DNA of 27,214 nt, taken from positions 1 through 27,214 of the IMG/VR virus record IMGVR_UViG_3300032293_001397. One strand, given 5' to 3'. The notes below the pieces were generated by a model. It saw nothing but the letters and a program-made list of their open reading frames with translations. It did no database searches and was not told the origin of the DNA. This document shows positions 8,215-18,500 of the stretch, one piece after another; within the stretch, counting starts at the first letter, position 1; every line of letters starts with the position of its first letter. This DNA is from a virus. Its lineage: Duplodnaviria > Caudoviricetes. A program made the translations under genes and the position numbers.

Positions 8215-8223
8215 AGTATACCA
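8215..8223 (-). promoter_or_regulatory. Extended -10 promoter, probably giving a leaderless transcript
   Basis: TGGTATACT 6 nt before the ATG at 8208; no SD. Confidence 0.55.
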
Positions 8224-8235
8224 TATTTTAGTTGA

Positions 8236-8562
8236 CTAAGATTGATTAGCAATTTTAAGAAGAATTAAATATCCAATTAAATCATCTATATCGTTGTCTC
8301 CAGCAAAGCCCTGGGCGTGACTAATTCTATTTAACTTATCGTCAATACGAACTTTAAGCTGCTCTACCGAATTAGATGTAGCAAATAGCCTCATAGGATT
8401 TAATGCTGAATCTCCATACGATATATTCTTTTTAATTAACATCTCTGATACTTCTAGGCACTGATTAAGAATCTTATTGCCTGATGGAGCATCTGTTGCT
8501 ATTACCTGTAGATCTGTAATCCACATTTGGTAGCCTTTATCTTTTTGTGGGTATCCCGCCAT
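8236..8562 (-). CDS. Nucleotide modification associated domain 1 (DUF1599-like) protein
   Basis: KKNISYGDS...RIDDKLNRI...DLIGYLILL pattern. Confidence 0.7.
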   Translation of the reverse strand: MAGYPQKDKGYQMWITDLQVIATDAPSGNKILNQCLEVSEMLIKKNISYGDSALNPMRLFATSNSVEQLKVRIDDKLNRISHAQGFAGDNDIDDLIGYLILLKIANQS

Positions 8563-8564
8563 TT

Positions 8565-9224
8565 TTATTCCATTTCTTTATATAGTTTTTTTAACCCTTT
8601 TAATGTCCCAATATCCATGTATTGTCCCCCTGGTTTTACAGCACGAACATCTAAACTCATATCAATCCATTCCTGAATTTGTTTTCCTGGATGATCTAAA
8701 TCTGTATCTACATATCTTATCAAATTTTTTCTAAATAGCATAGTGCCCCACATATACTCATATTCGCAGTCTTGAACTTTATCTTTAGAAGACAGAACCT
8801 TATCTCCAGATAAAGATATCTGCCCAACTCTTCCTTTTAAATCATCTGTACATTTCCATGCCCCAAGAACTACGTCGCCCTCTGACTTAATCATTTCCTT
8901 ATATATGTTTGTCTGAGAACCCAATATAAATGTATCTGGCATTCCAATAAGAACTGTATGGTTATGTTCTCCTACCATAAATTTTACAGCATCAGACATG
9001 GTTGAAGGCTCACGCACAATAAGCTTAATATTCATATCCATATTCTGAATAATAGGAACCCATTCAGCTCTGGTAGAAACTATAACCTCATCACAAACTT
9101 CTAACATTTGTTCAACATGCCACTGCAATAATGATCTTTCGTCTGATATTGGAAGGCAAAACTTAGGTATACCTCCGACTCTAGAGGCTTTGCCTGAAGC
9201 TGGTAGAACTCCTATAATAGGCAT
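8565..9224 (-). CDS. Sugar-phosphate nucleotidyltransferase (RmlA/GalU-like fold)
   Basis: LPASGKASR...PK..LPI, GMPD, YMDIGT; TAATG coupling to the glycosyltransferase. Confidence 0.85.
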   Translation of the reverse strand: MPIIGVLPASGKASRVGGIPKFCLPISDERSLLQWHVEQMLEVCDEVIVSTRAEWVPIIQNMDMNIKLIVREPSTMSDAVKFMVGEHNHTVLIGMPDTFILGSQTNIYKEMIKSEGDVVLGAWKCTDDLKGRVGQISLSGDKVLSSKDKVQDCEYEYMWGTMLFRKNLIRYVDTDLDHPGKQIQEWIDMSLDVRAVKPGGQYMDIGTLKGLKKLYKEME

Positions 9225-9982
9225 TATTCCTCCCACTCGTGAGGGTTAAATCCGTTAGGATAAGATTCATTTACCATCGGATCTTTTTTCCAGGCAATCC
9301 ATCCTTCTTCTCTATCGTCTCCCCAATATAGATGAACTACATCTCTATCTAAAAGTCTTTTAGCATCTTCTCCGTGAAAAATATAAACTTTATTGTCTTT
9401 TAAAAATGGCATTTCAATAAGCTCAGAAGCCCATTCGTTAATGTGTTTTTGATATGGATCTACTCCAAGCTCACGGTATAAGGCATCTGTAAACATCTGA
9501 ACATCAGTATAGTAATGAACCATATGATTATGCTGAATAATTCCTTCGGAACATCTTTCAACGCAAAGATCTATGGCTGCCTTTAATAGTGGATGCCCAG
9601 CCTTTGCAGCAATTGTTTGAGTTGCTAGCCACGGAGTATCTTTTTCAATATCTAAAATCATATCGTATTCAGGATTTAGCCATGTGTCTACTGGGACCTT
9701 GCAGTGCGTATCCATGTCCGCATATATTCCACCATGTATGTAAAGAATGGCAAATCTCCAAAGACCAGCTTTCATTACACCTAAAGGCAAATTTACATAT
9801 GTTTCATATGTTTTTGAATCAAAATGTTCTTTAAAGAAATTTTCTCTATCCTGTCCGCTCATGTACCCATAAGTATATTCTGGATTTTGATAAGTCCATG
9901 TTCCTACGCTTTCTTTAGCGTAAGCTGGCAATTCGTCAAAACTTGTTTCATATGTCTGCCAAATATTTTTTTCTATGCTCAT
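9224..9982 (-). CDS. DxD glycosyltransferase (GT32/OCH1-like)
   Basis: IWQT, KAGLWRFAILYIHGGIYADMD, AAKAGHPLL. Confidence 0.88.
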   Translation of the reverse strand: MSIEKNIWQTYETSFDELPAYAKESVGTWTYQNPEYTYGYMSGQDRENFFKEHFDSKTYETYVNLPLGVMKAGLWRFAILYIHGGIYADMDTHCKVPVDTWLNPEYDMILDIEKDTPWLATQTIAAKAGHPLLKAAIDLCVERCSEGIIQHNHMVHYYTDVQMFTDALYRELGVDPYQKHINEWASELIEMPFLKDNKVYIFHGEDAKRLLDRDVVHLYWGDDREEGWIAWKKDPMVNESYPNGFNPHEWEE

Positions 9983-9983
9983 A

Positions 9984-10130
9984 CTATCTCCTTTTAATTA
10001 ATCCAAACTGTTCTAAGTATCTCTGTATGGTCATAGCAGAGACGTTGCACTCTTTTCCAATTTCTGTTACTGTCTTTTTTTGAACTACGTATCTTCTGTA
10101 TAACCACTCTTTACTTTGATAAAATTTCAT
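9984..10130 (-). CDS. Small HTH DNA-binding protein (48 aa)
   Basis: MKFYQSKEWLYRRYVVQKKTVTEIGKECNVSAMTIQRYLEQFGLIKRR; ATGA overlap with ruvC; not in the ORF track. Confidence 0.8.
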   Translation of the reverse strand: MKFYQSKEWLYRRYVVQKKTVTEIGKECNVSAMTIQRYLEQFGLIKRR

Positions 10131-10693
10131 CGTTCTGTCAAAACTTTATTTGCATAATGTGCAATTCCAAATGAGTCAGCAACATCAAAATCATCTAGGG
10201 ATAGGCCATACTTATTGTTAAAGTAATCTACAGTCCTCTGCTTTCTCATATTACGTATTTGATTTTTATACCATGAGTCAGCATATCCTGGGTGCTTTAA
10301 TCTTATTGCAGCCTTTTCATCCTTTGTAGGATTTTTATTTCCTATATATGCCTGCCATGCAGTAGGGCTAATCGTAATAACCTTTGCCCCAGTTGACATA
10401 AGCTCGGCAATTACTACGCCGTATACATAAGATAATTTTATCACAGCATCAGGCGATCTGACAAGAACTGCACCCTCAACTACAATATAATCTGATTTTA
10501 ATTCTTCCAGCATGACAGACATTTTCTTTTTGGCGTCGTGTATTTTTTCATAAATATCATTTCCATATAGATCTATCTTTCCCCATTTAAGCGGGATATC
10601 ATTTTCCATAAGACAAAACGCTATTGAGTTTGTGGAAGCGTCTATACCTAACACTCTATGGGCTTTAACTTTTATTAGGTCAGCTAATTTCAT
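10127..10693 (-). CDS. ruvC: RuvC-like Holliday junction resolvase
   Basis: LGIDAS, IVVE, DVADSFGIA catalytic acidic residues. Confidence 0.85.
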   Translation of the reverse strand: MKLADLIKVKAHRVLGIDASTNSIAFCLMENDIPLKWGKIDLYGNDIYEKIHDAKKKMSVMLEELKSDYIVVEGAVLVRSPDAVIKLSYVYGVVIAELMSTGAKVITISPTAWQAYIGNKNPTKDEKAAIRLKHPGYADSWYKNQIRNMRKQRTVDYFNNKYGLSLDDFDVADSFGIAHYANKVLTER

Positions 10694-10958
10694 TTATCCG
10701 CCCCAGTATATTTTTTTTATTATTTAGACTGCCAATTTTTTCACATGAAGCACACGTATCGCTTTTATTATATCTGCTTAGTCTGCTGCCACACTTTTTG
10801 CAACCCCTAAATGCACCATTTTTAATTGCCTTTTTTTCGTAATACTTTTCCATGATTCTGCGATTAGTTGCAACTCTGCAACATTCGTCGCAACAATACT
10901 TTTGGTTATGTGTTTTAGAATCAAATTCTTTAGCACATTCTTTATTGCTGCATATCAT
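10680..10958 (-). CDS. Hypothetical Cys-rich (Zn-binding) protein
   Basis: Several CxxC-type pairs; overlaps both neighbours. Confidence 0.7.
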   Translation of the reverse strand: MICSNKECAKEFDSKTHNQKYCCDECCRVATNRRIMEKYYEKKAIKNGAFRGCKKCGSRLSRYNKSDTCASCEKIGSLNNKKNILGRINEIS

Positions 10959-11746
10959 ATTACTGGCACCTCAAATAATTCTATCTGTACTGTACCAAGC
11001 TTGGCATCTTTTGCAAAACACTCTTTTTTTACTGGACAGTATGTACATGGCATTTTTGATTTTGTGGCACCTGAAGGTCTCATTGGAAGATCACCGCTCT
11101 GAAAATTATCCCAAACTTCTTGCATCCAAATAAATGTATCCTCAATAATTTTTTTATTTTTATCATTCATTGATACTGGTATTATTAAAATTTCTTGTGT
11201 ATTTTTATTTTCATAAAGGAAGAATCCTTCCTTAGCATTCTTTAATTTCATATAGGTCAAAAGCTGAAGCATATGATTGGGGGAAGATTTCATTTCAGCC
11301 TGCCTAGCATCCCATACTTCTTGCTTAGCTGTTTTAATTTCTCCGATTACGGTCTCTCCATCATAGCTCATAATTAGATCTATGAATCCCCTGATTGGAG
11401 GATAATCATTAATTATTTCTTCTTCTTCTGATACAAACTCTGGCATTGTTGCTATAAGCTTTTGCAGTCTTTCGTGAGCTTGGGTACCTTGTGCCATATT
11501 AGCAACTGCGACAGCATCGTTATCATCAATAAACATCGCACCACTAAATGCCATATACCAATATCTGGGGCATCTTCCGTGTCCATAACCAAGAGAACTT
11601 GGGCTAAAAGATTTTTTAGTCATCTCTCCATCTGCACGTTTTGTATTTCGATATGACTCATCGAGCAACTCAGCAAATCTTTCTGGGTCAAAGTGCTTGC
11701 CTGTGTGCTTTTTAAATTTAAGATTCTTTACTATATCTCTACCCAT
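10955..11746 (-). CDS. Cas4-like PD-(D/E)XK exonuclease
   Basis: CPR, GFID...EIKT, QLLTYM, CTYCPVKKEC (four-Cys Fe-S pattern). Confidence 0.85.
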   Translation of the reverse strand: MGRDIVKNLKFKKHTGKHFDPERFAELLDESYRNTKRADGEMTKKSFSPSSLGYGHGRCPRYWYMAFSGAMFIDDNDAVAVANMAQGTQAHERLQKLIATMPEFVSEEEEIINDYPPIRGFIDLIMSYDGETVIGEIKTAKQEVWDARQAEMKSSPNHMLQLLTYMKLKNAKEGFFLYENKNTQEILIIPVSMNDKNKKIIEDTFIWMQEVWDNFQSGDLPMRPSGATKSKMPCTYCPVKKECFAKDAKLGTVQIELFEVPVI

Positions 11747-12084
11747 TATGAATTATACCTAACGACATACTTGAGTGCATCTACAAGTTTGTCTATAGAC
11801 TCCTTTAGAGAATAGTACACATTCTTTTTATTGTTATTTATAGTTCCAGCCTTATCTTTAGCTATTGTAGAATAATATGAGGCAAGTACGGCAAATTTTG
11901 TAGACATTGCCTGCAACTCCATTATAAGCATTGGAGATTTAGCGGAGGGAACATCGGGATTCATAAGTAATTTTACAACAATAGCCAGAGCTTTATCTAA
12001 GTGTTCGTCCTTCATAAACTCATGAAGATCATTGAACTCTGTGATGTCGCTAATAAGCTCTAATGTATTTTTATCTTCTATCAT
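11746..12084 (-). CDS. Hypothetical helical protein
   Basis: 112-aa ORF coupled to the Cas4-like gene. Confidence 0.7.
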   Translation of the reverse strand: MIEDKNTLELISDITEFNDLHEFMKDEHLDKALAIVVKLLMNPDVPSAKSPMLIMELQAMSTKFAVLASYYSTIAKDKAGTINNNKKNVYYSLKESIDKLVDALKYVVRYNS

Positions 12085-12178
12085 TTTTTATCCCTCTGTC
12101 TATTTTGTCTACAAAAGCTCTCAGTGCGTATCCTGTTGCGATTCCCACAATAATACTCATCATAAATACTTCTATCAT
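12071..12178 (-). CDS. Small single-pass membrane protein (35 aa)
   Basis: MIEVFMMSIIVGIATGYALRAFVDKIDRGIKNDRR; fills the gap with ATGA coupling; not in the ORF track. Confidence 0.6.
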   Translation of the reverse strand: MIEVFMMSIIVGIATGYALRAFVDKIDRGIKNDRR

Positions 12179-13137
12179 AAATCTCTGCCATCTATATATA
12201 TCTCTTGATTTTCATTAATGTACAGTGGAAAAAGGTTTTTGTCTTCTATTGGCTTTTCGCCAGATCTAACTATTTGTCTGCCTATCTCACCAGAATCTAC
12301 TGTTTTTTTAATTCTATCCAGCTCCATATTATTCCATTTTTCTTCACCATACTCTAGCACACCCTTTTGCCAGTCATCAGATCCTGGATAATAATGCATA
12401 GCAAATGTCCTAAAAAATATTTTGTTGTTACCAGAGCGAACTGCCCTTGCAGAATGCCAATAAGGTTTACCAGAAGGGAAAACTGTAACGTCTCCAGCTT
12501 TTGGTTTATAGGTTATAAGCTTATTTTCTCTTTCATCTATAAACTCAATCTCTCCACCTTCATAATCATCGTTTAAATAAACAGTAAAAGTTATAATTTG
12601 TTTTTCTCCAGCAGAATCTAATTTATGTTCATGGAAATCAGTATGATATCCAATTGCTAAATCATTATCTACAACAATTTTATGCTTTAAAATTTCAATA
12701 AACCCTAAACCTAGAGCATTATGTATGTCGTCATTTAAATTTAAATTTGTTATTTCATACGGCCAGCCATCGATGTGATCTTGGTCTTGTACATAATCAT
12801 TATGGGCCTTTGTTAAAATATTTTTAATTTTGCCTCTCATGGCAAATTCTTTTTTATTGTCTGCGCCATCAATAGAAATTAATCCTCTGTTATTCAAAAT
12901 GCTTTTTGAGCCATAGGTATACCATGGAGTCCATGTATTTATTATACTAATATCATTCTTTATCATGGGCTGAATACCATGTTCGTCTTTATAAGAAGAC
13001 TCTTCTGGCGGAGTTGCATAGTATTCATCAATACTGTTTTCTGAATCTTTAATTATTTGAATCATATCAAGAACGTCTTCGTCAGACAGAAGATCTTTAT
13101 ACACAACTACCTTTGGCATTATTTTAATTTTTTTCAT
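12175..13137 (-). CDS. 2OG-Fe(II) oxygenase, prolyl 4-hydroxylase-like
   Basis: YHTD, VYLNDDYEGGEIEF, YWHSA....K. Confidence 0.87.
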   Translation of the reverse strand: MKKIKIMPKVVVYKDLLSDEDVLDMIQIIKDSENSIDEYYATPPEESSYKDEHGIQPMIKNDISIINTWTPWYTYGSKSILNNRGLISIDGADNKKEFAMRGKIKNILTKAHNDYVQDQDHIDGWPYEITNLNLNDDIHNALGLGFIEILKHKIVVDNDLAIGYHTDFHEHKLDSAGEKQIITFTVYLNDDYEGGEIEFIDERENKLITYKPKAGDVTVFPSGKPYWHSARAVRSGNNKIFFRTFAMHYYPGSDDWQKGVLEYGEEKWNNMELDRIKKTVDSGEIGRQIVRSGEKPIEDKNLFPLYINENQEIYIDGRDL

Positions 13138-13438
13138 GATTTTTCTCCCAGAACTCTATTAACTCTTCTAAAACTGACCACTCTATTATACCAAGCCTAA
13201 CCCTTGAGTCATTTCCTATAATTATTTTAAGTGCTGGATGCATATTTCTACTGACCTTAAATGTATCAGTACAAATTTTTGACCACACATCTTTATTTAA
13301 AGTAAATGATTTACTTGCTTCTTTATAATCTACTAAAAAGCTTTTCCACTTAGCGTCACCCTTTTGATAATCACCACGACCACTATTTTTTTGTGCTTTG
13401 GCACCGTCTCTTTTAACTTCTGATCTTTCTGACATCAC
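13124..13438 (-). CDS. Putative Holliday junction resolvase / PD-(D/E)XK nuclease
   Basis: SE...NSG...KGD......DYK restriction-like motif. Confidence 0.6.
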   Translation of the reverse strand: MMSERSEVKRDGAKAQKNSGRGDYQKGDAKWKSFLVDYKEASKSFTLNKDVWSKICTDTFKVSRNMHPALKIIIGNDSRVRLGIIEWSVLEELIEFWEKNHEKN

Positions 13439-13623
13439 TGAACTCTATACTGGTTGTCGTGTCCTTCTGGACATTTCCAGGTCATTGTTAATGTATTTGG
13501 ATCCCAAAATGCTTCTTCTGCATCTTTATCGCATTTAGAACAAGGCTTGATTCCACTTATTTTTTCCAGACCTTCCTTATGAATGATTTCTGGTCTATTA
13601 AAAAATTCATTAAGATTTGGCAT
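13435..13623 (-). CDS. Hypothetical Zn-ribbon protein
   Basis: CSKC...CPEGH. Confidence 0.7.
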   Translation of the reverse strand: MPNLNEFFNRPEIIHKEGLEKISGIKPCSKCDKDAEEAFWDPNTLTMTWKCPEGHDNQYRVQ

Positions 13624-14614
13624 TTATATCTCCAATCAAGCTGTCTACAACATCTGGATTTTCTCTTAAATATGCTACAGCCTTTGCACGTCCTTGAAAA
13701 CGTTCTCCATTGATTGTATACCATGCGCCACCCTTTTCAATAATGCCATACATTTCAGCAACATCAAGTGTTTCACCAACACTATCTACTCCTAAAGAAT
13801 CCCCTTGATAGTAGAAATCATATTGTCCCGATAAATTTGGGGGGCTTGTTTTGCTGTAATCAACAATCCAATTAACTGGTCTTCCGACTCTTTGTTCGAT
13901 AATTTTGTCGCCAACCTTAATGCCAGCTTTAATAGCATTAGCCTCAGCCTCAGAAGACCAAAGCTTAACGACTGTTGAGGAGAAGAACTTGACAGCCATT
14001 CCACCTGTGGGGATGTGACTAGCATGCATAGATCCAAACTGATTTCGTTGTTGTGAGATGAGAACAAGTAGTGTGTTTTTGTTTGCATAGTTTAACATTT
14101 TGACTGCGTGGGTCATATCCTTTGCTTCGGCGCCGATTTGCTTGGTATCTTGCAAATCCTTCATTTCATTTCCATCTTTTTCAAAGTAGATGGCTGGTAG
14201 CAGTGCTGATATAGAATCAACTACTATTAAATCAACTCCAGCATCCATTAATTTTGTTGCAACGTCGACCATATCATTGACAGTTTTAGCTGGTGAATAA
14301 ATTAATTTAGAAGAATCTACTCCCAACATCTCTGCCCATGACTGATCATAAGACGCCTCAGCATCTATCCAGGCACATGTTTTGCCATCTTTTTGAGCCA
14401 TAGCTATCATCTGTAGGCAAAAAGATGATTTACCAGCAGACTTATTACCCCAAACAAGAACTTGTCTTCCGTAGGCAAATCCGCCCTTTAGTGCGTCTGT
14501 TAAACCAATACTGGGAGTCTGTTGCTTTTCAATATGAATATCTTGTGCAGACTGAACCCTTGCTCTTGTTTTTGGATCTAGTTTTGCTAATATTTCATCT
14601 AATACGAGTGTCAT
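13610..14614 (-). CDS. recA: RecA/UvsX recombinase
   Basis: GNKSAGKS Walker A, WIDAE, IVVDS, TGGMAVKF, GAWY. Confidence 0.93.
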   Translation of the reverse strand: MTLVLDEILAKLDPKTRARVQSAQDIHIEKQQTPSIGLTDALKGGFAYGRQVLVWGNKSAGKSSFCLQMIAMAQKDGKTCAWIDAEASYDQSWAEMLGVDSSKLIYSPAKTVNDMVDVATKLMDAGVDLIVVDSISALLPAIYFEKDGNEMKDLQDTKQIGAEAKDMTHAVKMLNYANKNTLLVLISQQRNQFGSMHASHIPTGGMAVKFFSSTVVKLWSSEAEANAIKAGIKVGDKIIEQRVGRPVNWIVDYSKTSPPNLSGQYDFYYQGDSLGVDSVGETLDVAEMYGIIEKGGAWYTINGERFQGRAKAVAYLRENPDVVDSLIGDINAKS

Positions 14615-14638
14615 ATGTACTCTTTCTGTTATCTCTCT

Positions 14639-14647
14639 ATTATATCA
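14639..14647 (-). promoter_or_regulatory. Extended -10 promoter element upstream of recA
   Basis: TGATATAAT. Confidence 0.6.
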
Positions 14648-15004
14648 TTAAAATAAATTGCCGTGAAGTCTTGGTCTATTATTATTTACTTCTATTTTTT
14701 GATAAAGCATCTCATCTAAACTATCTTCAATAAATGTTGCATTCATCATTGCTGCATATAAATCTAATAGCCTAATTATAATGTCAGCCATTTCTTCTAC
14801 AATTTCCTGACTACCTTTATTTTTTCTAATGGCTTCTAAAACCTCAGTAACTTCAGAATGTATTAAAGCCAATTTATTTCCAATTTTGTCGTGATTAATT
14901 GGTCCATCCCAAAATCCTTTTTTAATTGCTGTTTCATGTAGCACCGCAGACAATGCATCTAAGCCATATTGAGAAACTAGCCTATCTTCATTATTCGAAA
15001 TCAT
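14648..15004 (-). CDS. MazG-like NTP pyrophosphohydrolase
   Basis: SEVTEVLEAIRK...EEMADIIIRLLD. Confidence 0.85.
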   Translation of the reverse strand: MISNNEDRLVSQYGLDALSAVLHETAIKKGFWDGPINHDKIGNKLALIHSEVTEVLEAIRKNKGSQEIVEEMADIIIRLLDLYAAMMNATFIEDSLDEMLYQKIEVNNNRPRLHGNLF

Positions 15005-15221
15005 TTATTAATTCCTTTTCTTCTAGGTCTTTATCTCTAAGTTTAAACGTAAAAGATTCTGTATCAGAATCATATGTTACTTTCATTTCCCTATTTTCTT
15101 TATTTGAATCTAAAAATGTAATTACTGGCACATTTATCTCTTTAAGGGTTGCTAAAATAGAAACCAATATATTGCTGAGATTCATTCCTTCTATAAGTTG
15201 CTCTGGAGAATTATTTGTCAT
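14991..15221 (-). CDS. Hypothetical protein
   Basis: 76-aa coupled ORF. Confidence 0.7.
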   Translation of the reverse strand: MTNNSPEQLIEGMNLSNILVSILATLKEINVPVITFLDSNKENREMKVTYDSDTESFTFKLRDKDLEEKELINDFE

Positions 15222-15562
15222 TTAGCTGCCCACTCTGGTCTAACATCGCTATACTGAATGTTTCCATTTTCTGGATGCTGTCTAACGCAAACATGTGCAC
15301 ATGTATTTGAATTTGGTTGAATTGGATCGTCTACATACGCTAACTCAAAATAAAATTCTTTACCATCATTAGAATGACTAATTCTCATTATGCTTCCATT
15401 TCTAGAAATAAAATCAGTAGGAAATTGTTGTTCATAATCTATTAATTCCATTAATAAATCTGTTGGCACACTTAATTTACCATGTGCTCTCAATAAAGCT
15501 ACTAATATGTTATTGCCTTTAAAATGTCCTACCATTTTTTCTACTATTTCACCATTAATCAT
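15218..15562 (-). CDS. Hypothetical protein, probable paralogue of 14991..15221
   Basis: 114-aa coupled ORF sharing NILV..L.....VP and M.....D...F.F.L. Confidence 0.7.
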   Translation of the reverse strand: MINGEIVEKMVGHFKGNNILVALLRAHGKLSVPTDLLMELIDYEQQFPTDFISRNGSIMRISHSNDGKEFYFELAYVDDPIQPNSNTCAHVCVRQHPENGNIQYSDVRPEWAAK

Positions 15563-18500
15563 TTTATCTCCTTTATATTTAATGTGCCATCATCTAATTT
15601 AGATAGCACTACCTTGCATTTCATTCCTTCACGTAATTTAGCAAGTGTCATCTTATACATAGTTGGGAAGGCAATTGCTCTAATTAACTCTTTATCTTTA
15701 TTTGCAAATACTATGTGGCTCATCATTTTACCCGCCTTTGTTTTAAATGGGGTAAAGTTAATAACCATATATTCATCTTCTTCTAAGTCATATTCTTTTC
15801 TGTAAAGATAATCCACAAAAAGATCTGAGCCGTTTGGATCTATATCTTTTACATTTATATATCTAGCAATTCTATTATCTCCTACAAGAATAAAATACAT
15901 CTGGTTTGACTCAATTTGAGTATCTTCATGATGGAATAGACCAATTGTTCCAGTCTCGTCAACTAGCTCAACTCTTGCCCAACCAGTTCCACGTTTAATA
16001 TTTTTAACCATACCAAACATTACAAATGAGCCTAGGTCATCAAAATCTTCAATTGGTCTTGCCTGTGCTTTAATTCTTGGGGGTATGCCCTCTAGATTAA
16101 ATGTTGGTATACCAAGATACTCATAGTAATTATCTTTTTCGTTTCCAGATCTTGGGTTATCCTCAAAAGCTGCCCCTCCGATTGCATTAAGTGCGTCTAT
16201 CGCCCTGCTATTAATACCACTTCCCTTTTTAGAAGCTTTAGAAATTAAATCAGCATAGTCTTTAAATGGACGTTGTGCCATAAGCTTATTTGCAATATTA
16301 TCTGATATGAATTTAACTTCCGCTAAACCAAATCTAATTCCCTCGTCTTGCAAGGAAAAGTATATGTCTGACTCGTTGACGTGTGGCAGCATTATTCGAA
16401 GCCCAAGTCTTTTTGCCTCGATTAAATATTCCGTCCTGGCATCTTTATCATTTTCGTTTTTAAGGATCGAAAACATAAACTCAAGAGGATAATAAGTCTT
16501 AAGCCAAGCAGTATAATAAGAAAGCATGGAGTAAGCAACAGCATGAGAGCGATTAAAAGAATACCCAGCATGCGCTTCAAAATCATGCCAAAGCTCTGCC
16601 GCTTTCTTTTCTGAGATATGCTCAGAAGCCCCGCTAATAAACTTATCCTTGAACTGGTCGAACTCTTTTGCATCTTTCTTTTTACCAATGATCTTGCGAA
16701 CCTTATCGGCTTCTGACCAAGACATCCCTCCTAAATATACACAGGCTTGCATAACCTGCTCCTGATAAATAATAACACCATATGTATTCTCGGTAAAGTC
16801 TTTCATTAATACATGGCTATAGTCTACTGCTTCTCTACCATTTTTACGATCAATATACGAAGCGCCTACAGTATTCATTGCTCCTGGTCTTACTAGGGCA
16901 TTTGAGGCAACCAAATCTTCAAACTTATCTACACCCATTTTCATAAGAAGATTTGTATATGGCGTTGCTTCTGCCTGAAATACACCTTTAGTATATCCTT
17001 CGCTTAACATCTGATAAACCTTTGGATCATCCATAGTTAATTCTGAAAGATTAATCTGCTTTCCAGATCTTTTTTTAATCGATCCCAATGTATCTGATAT
17101 AACAGAAAGTGTTTTTAATCCTAGTGCATCAAGCTTAATCAAACCAATATCTGCAACAGTATCCATATCGTATGCTACAACTGGAATACGTCCAGAGACT
17201 TTATCTTGTGCGTCTTCACGAGATTCAACTGGAGCATACTTTCTTAGATCATCTTTTGCCACAACAACTCCTGCAGCATGAACACCAACAGATCTAATTC
17301 TGCCACGCAGTCTTTCTGCTAGCCATACAACTTCTGGGTACTTAGCTCTGAATTCTTTTGTATTCGACGAACTTAAAAAGTCTTCGAATGTGTCAATTTG
17401 TTTTGTTGCACGATTTACCTCTTGAAGGGGGACCATAAACACACGAGCAGCATCTCTAATTACACCCTTATCTTTAAAGTATGTGTATGTAGAAATAGAA
17501 GCAACATGTTTAAACTTACCCTTTAAGTAATCTTTTACTTCCTTACGGCGTCTATCCTCAAAGTCTGTGTCAATATCTGGAAAATCATTTCGCTCTGGAT
17601 TAATAAATCTAAAAAACAATAGGTTGTATTTAATTGGGTCTACATCTGTGATTCCAAGGGCGTAGCAGACCAACGATCCTGCTGCCGAACCACGTCCTGG
17701 ACCAACCCTAATCCCAGAATCTTTTGCCCAATTAATCATATCCCCAACAACAAGAAAGTATGATGCAAAGTTCTTTGAAGCGATAACCGATAGCTCTTCT
17801 TCTAAGCGGTCCATATAAATTGGATCTGAAGCCTTCTGAAGGCCCTCTAAGCCCTTTACAGCCAGTGATCTTAGTCTTTCATCAGCATCTGTTTTTGGAA
17901 CTGGTAAGAGGTCAAGGCCCTGATTAAAATCATAATCTCCAACCTTATTAGCAATCTCCATTGTATTTTCATATATATCAGTTCTAGTTATATTAGATTT
18001 GTTAAAGTCTGACTCAATTTCAGATCTACTTTGAATAAATAAATTATAGTCTTGAAAAGAAATTCTTCTGTCTGGATATAAGTAATTAAACCTATCTAAC
18101 ATATTCTTCATATTTTTAGACATATCAAAATCTATATCTTTATCTGCCTTGGGTGATGTGGATAAGATTAATAAGGCTTCCTCAAGGATTCGATCTTCTT
18201 CTTTAGCAAAGTGTGCGTCTCCCGTTGCCACCGCTTTAATTCCAAGCTCATCAGCCAGCTCTAGTAATTTTGAGTTTATTTCTGCTGGGTTGTGAGATTG
18301 AACCTCAACATAAAAATCTTCGTGAAAAGTTTGCTTAAAGTCTTTGAGTATAAGCTTTGCTTCTGAGAATTCCTGACGTTCAATAGATTTGCTAATAAGC
18401 CCATTGAGACATCCAGACAATACAATAATGCCTTCCGCATATTCTTTTAACACCTCTCTGTCAATACGTGGCTTATGATAAAAGCCTTCGTTCCATGCAA

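Noticed and set aside
10955-11746. Cas4-like gene as part of a CRISPR-Cas system
   Set aside because: No cas1/cas2 and no repeat-spacer array in the window; solo Cas4-like nucleases are common in phage recombination modules.
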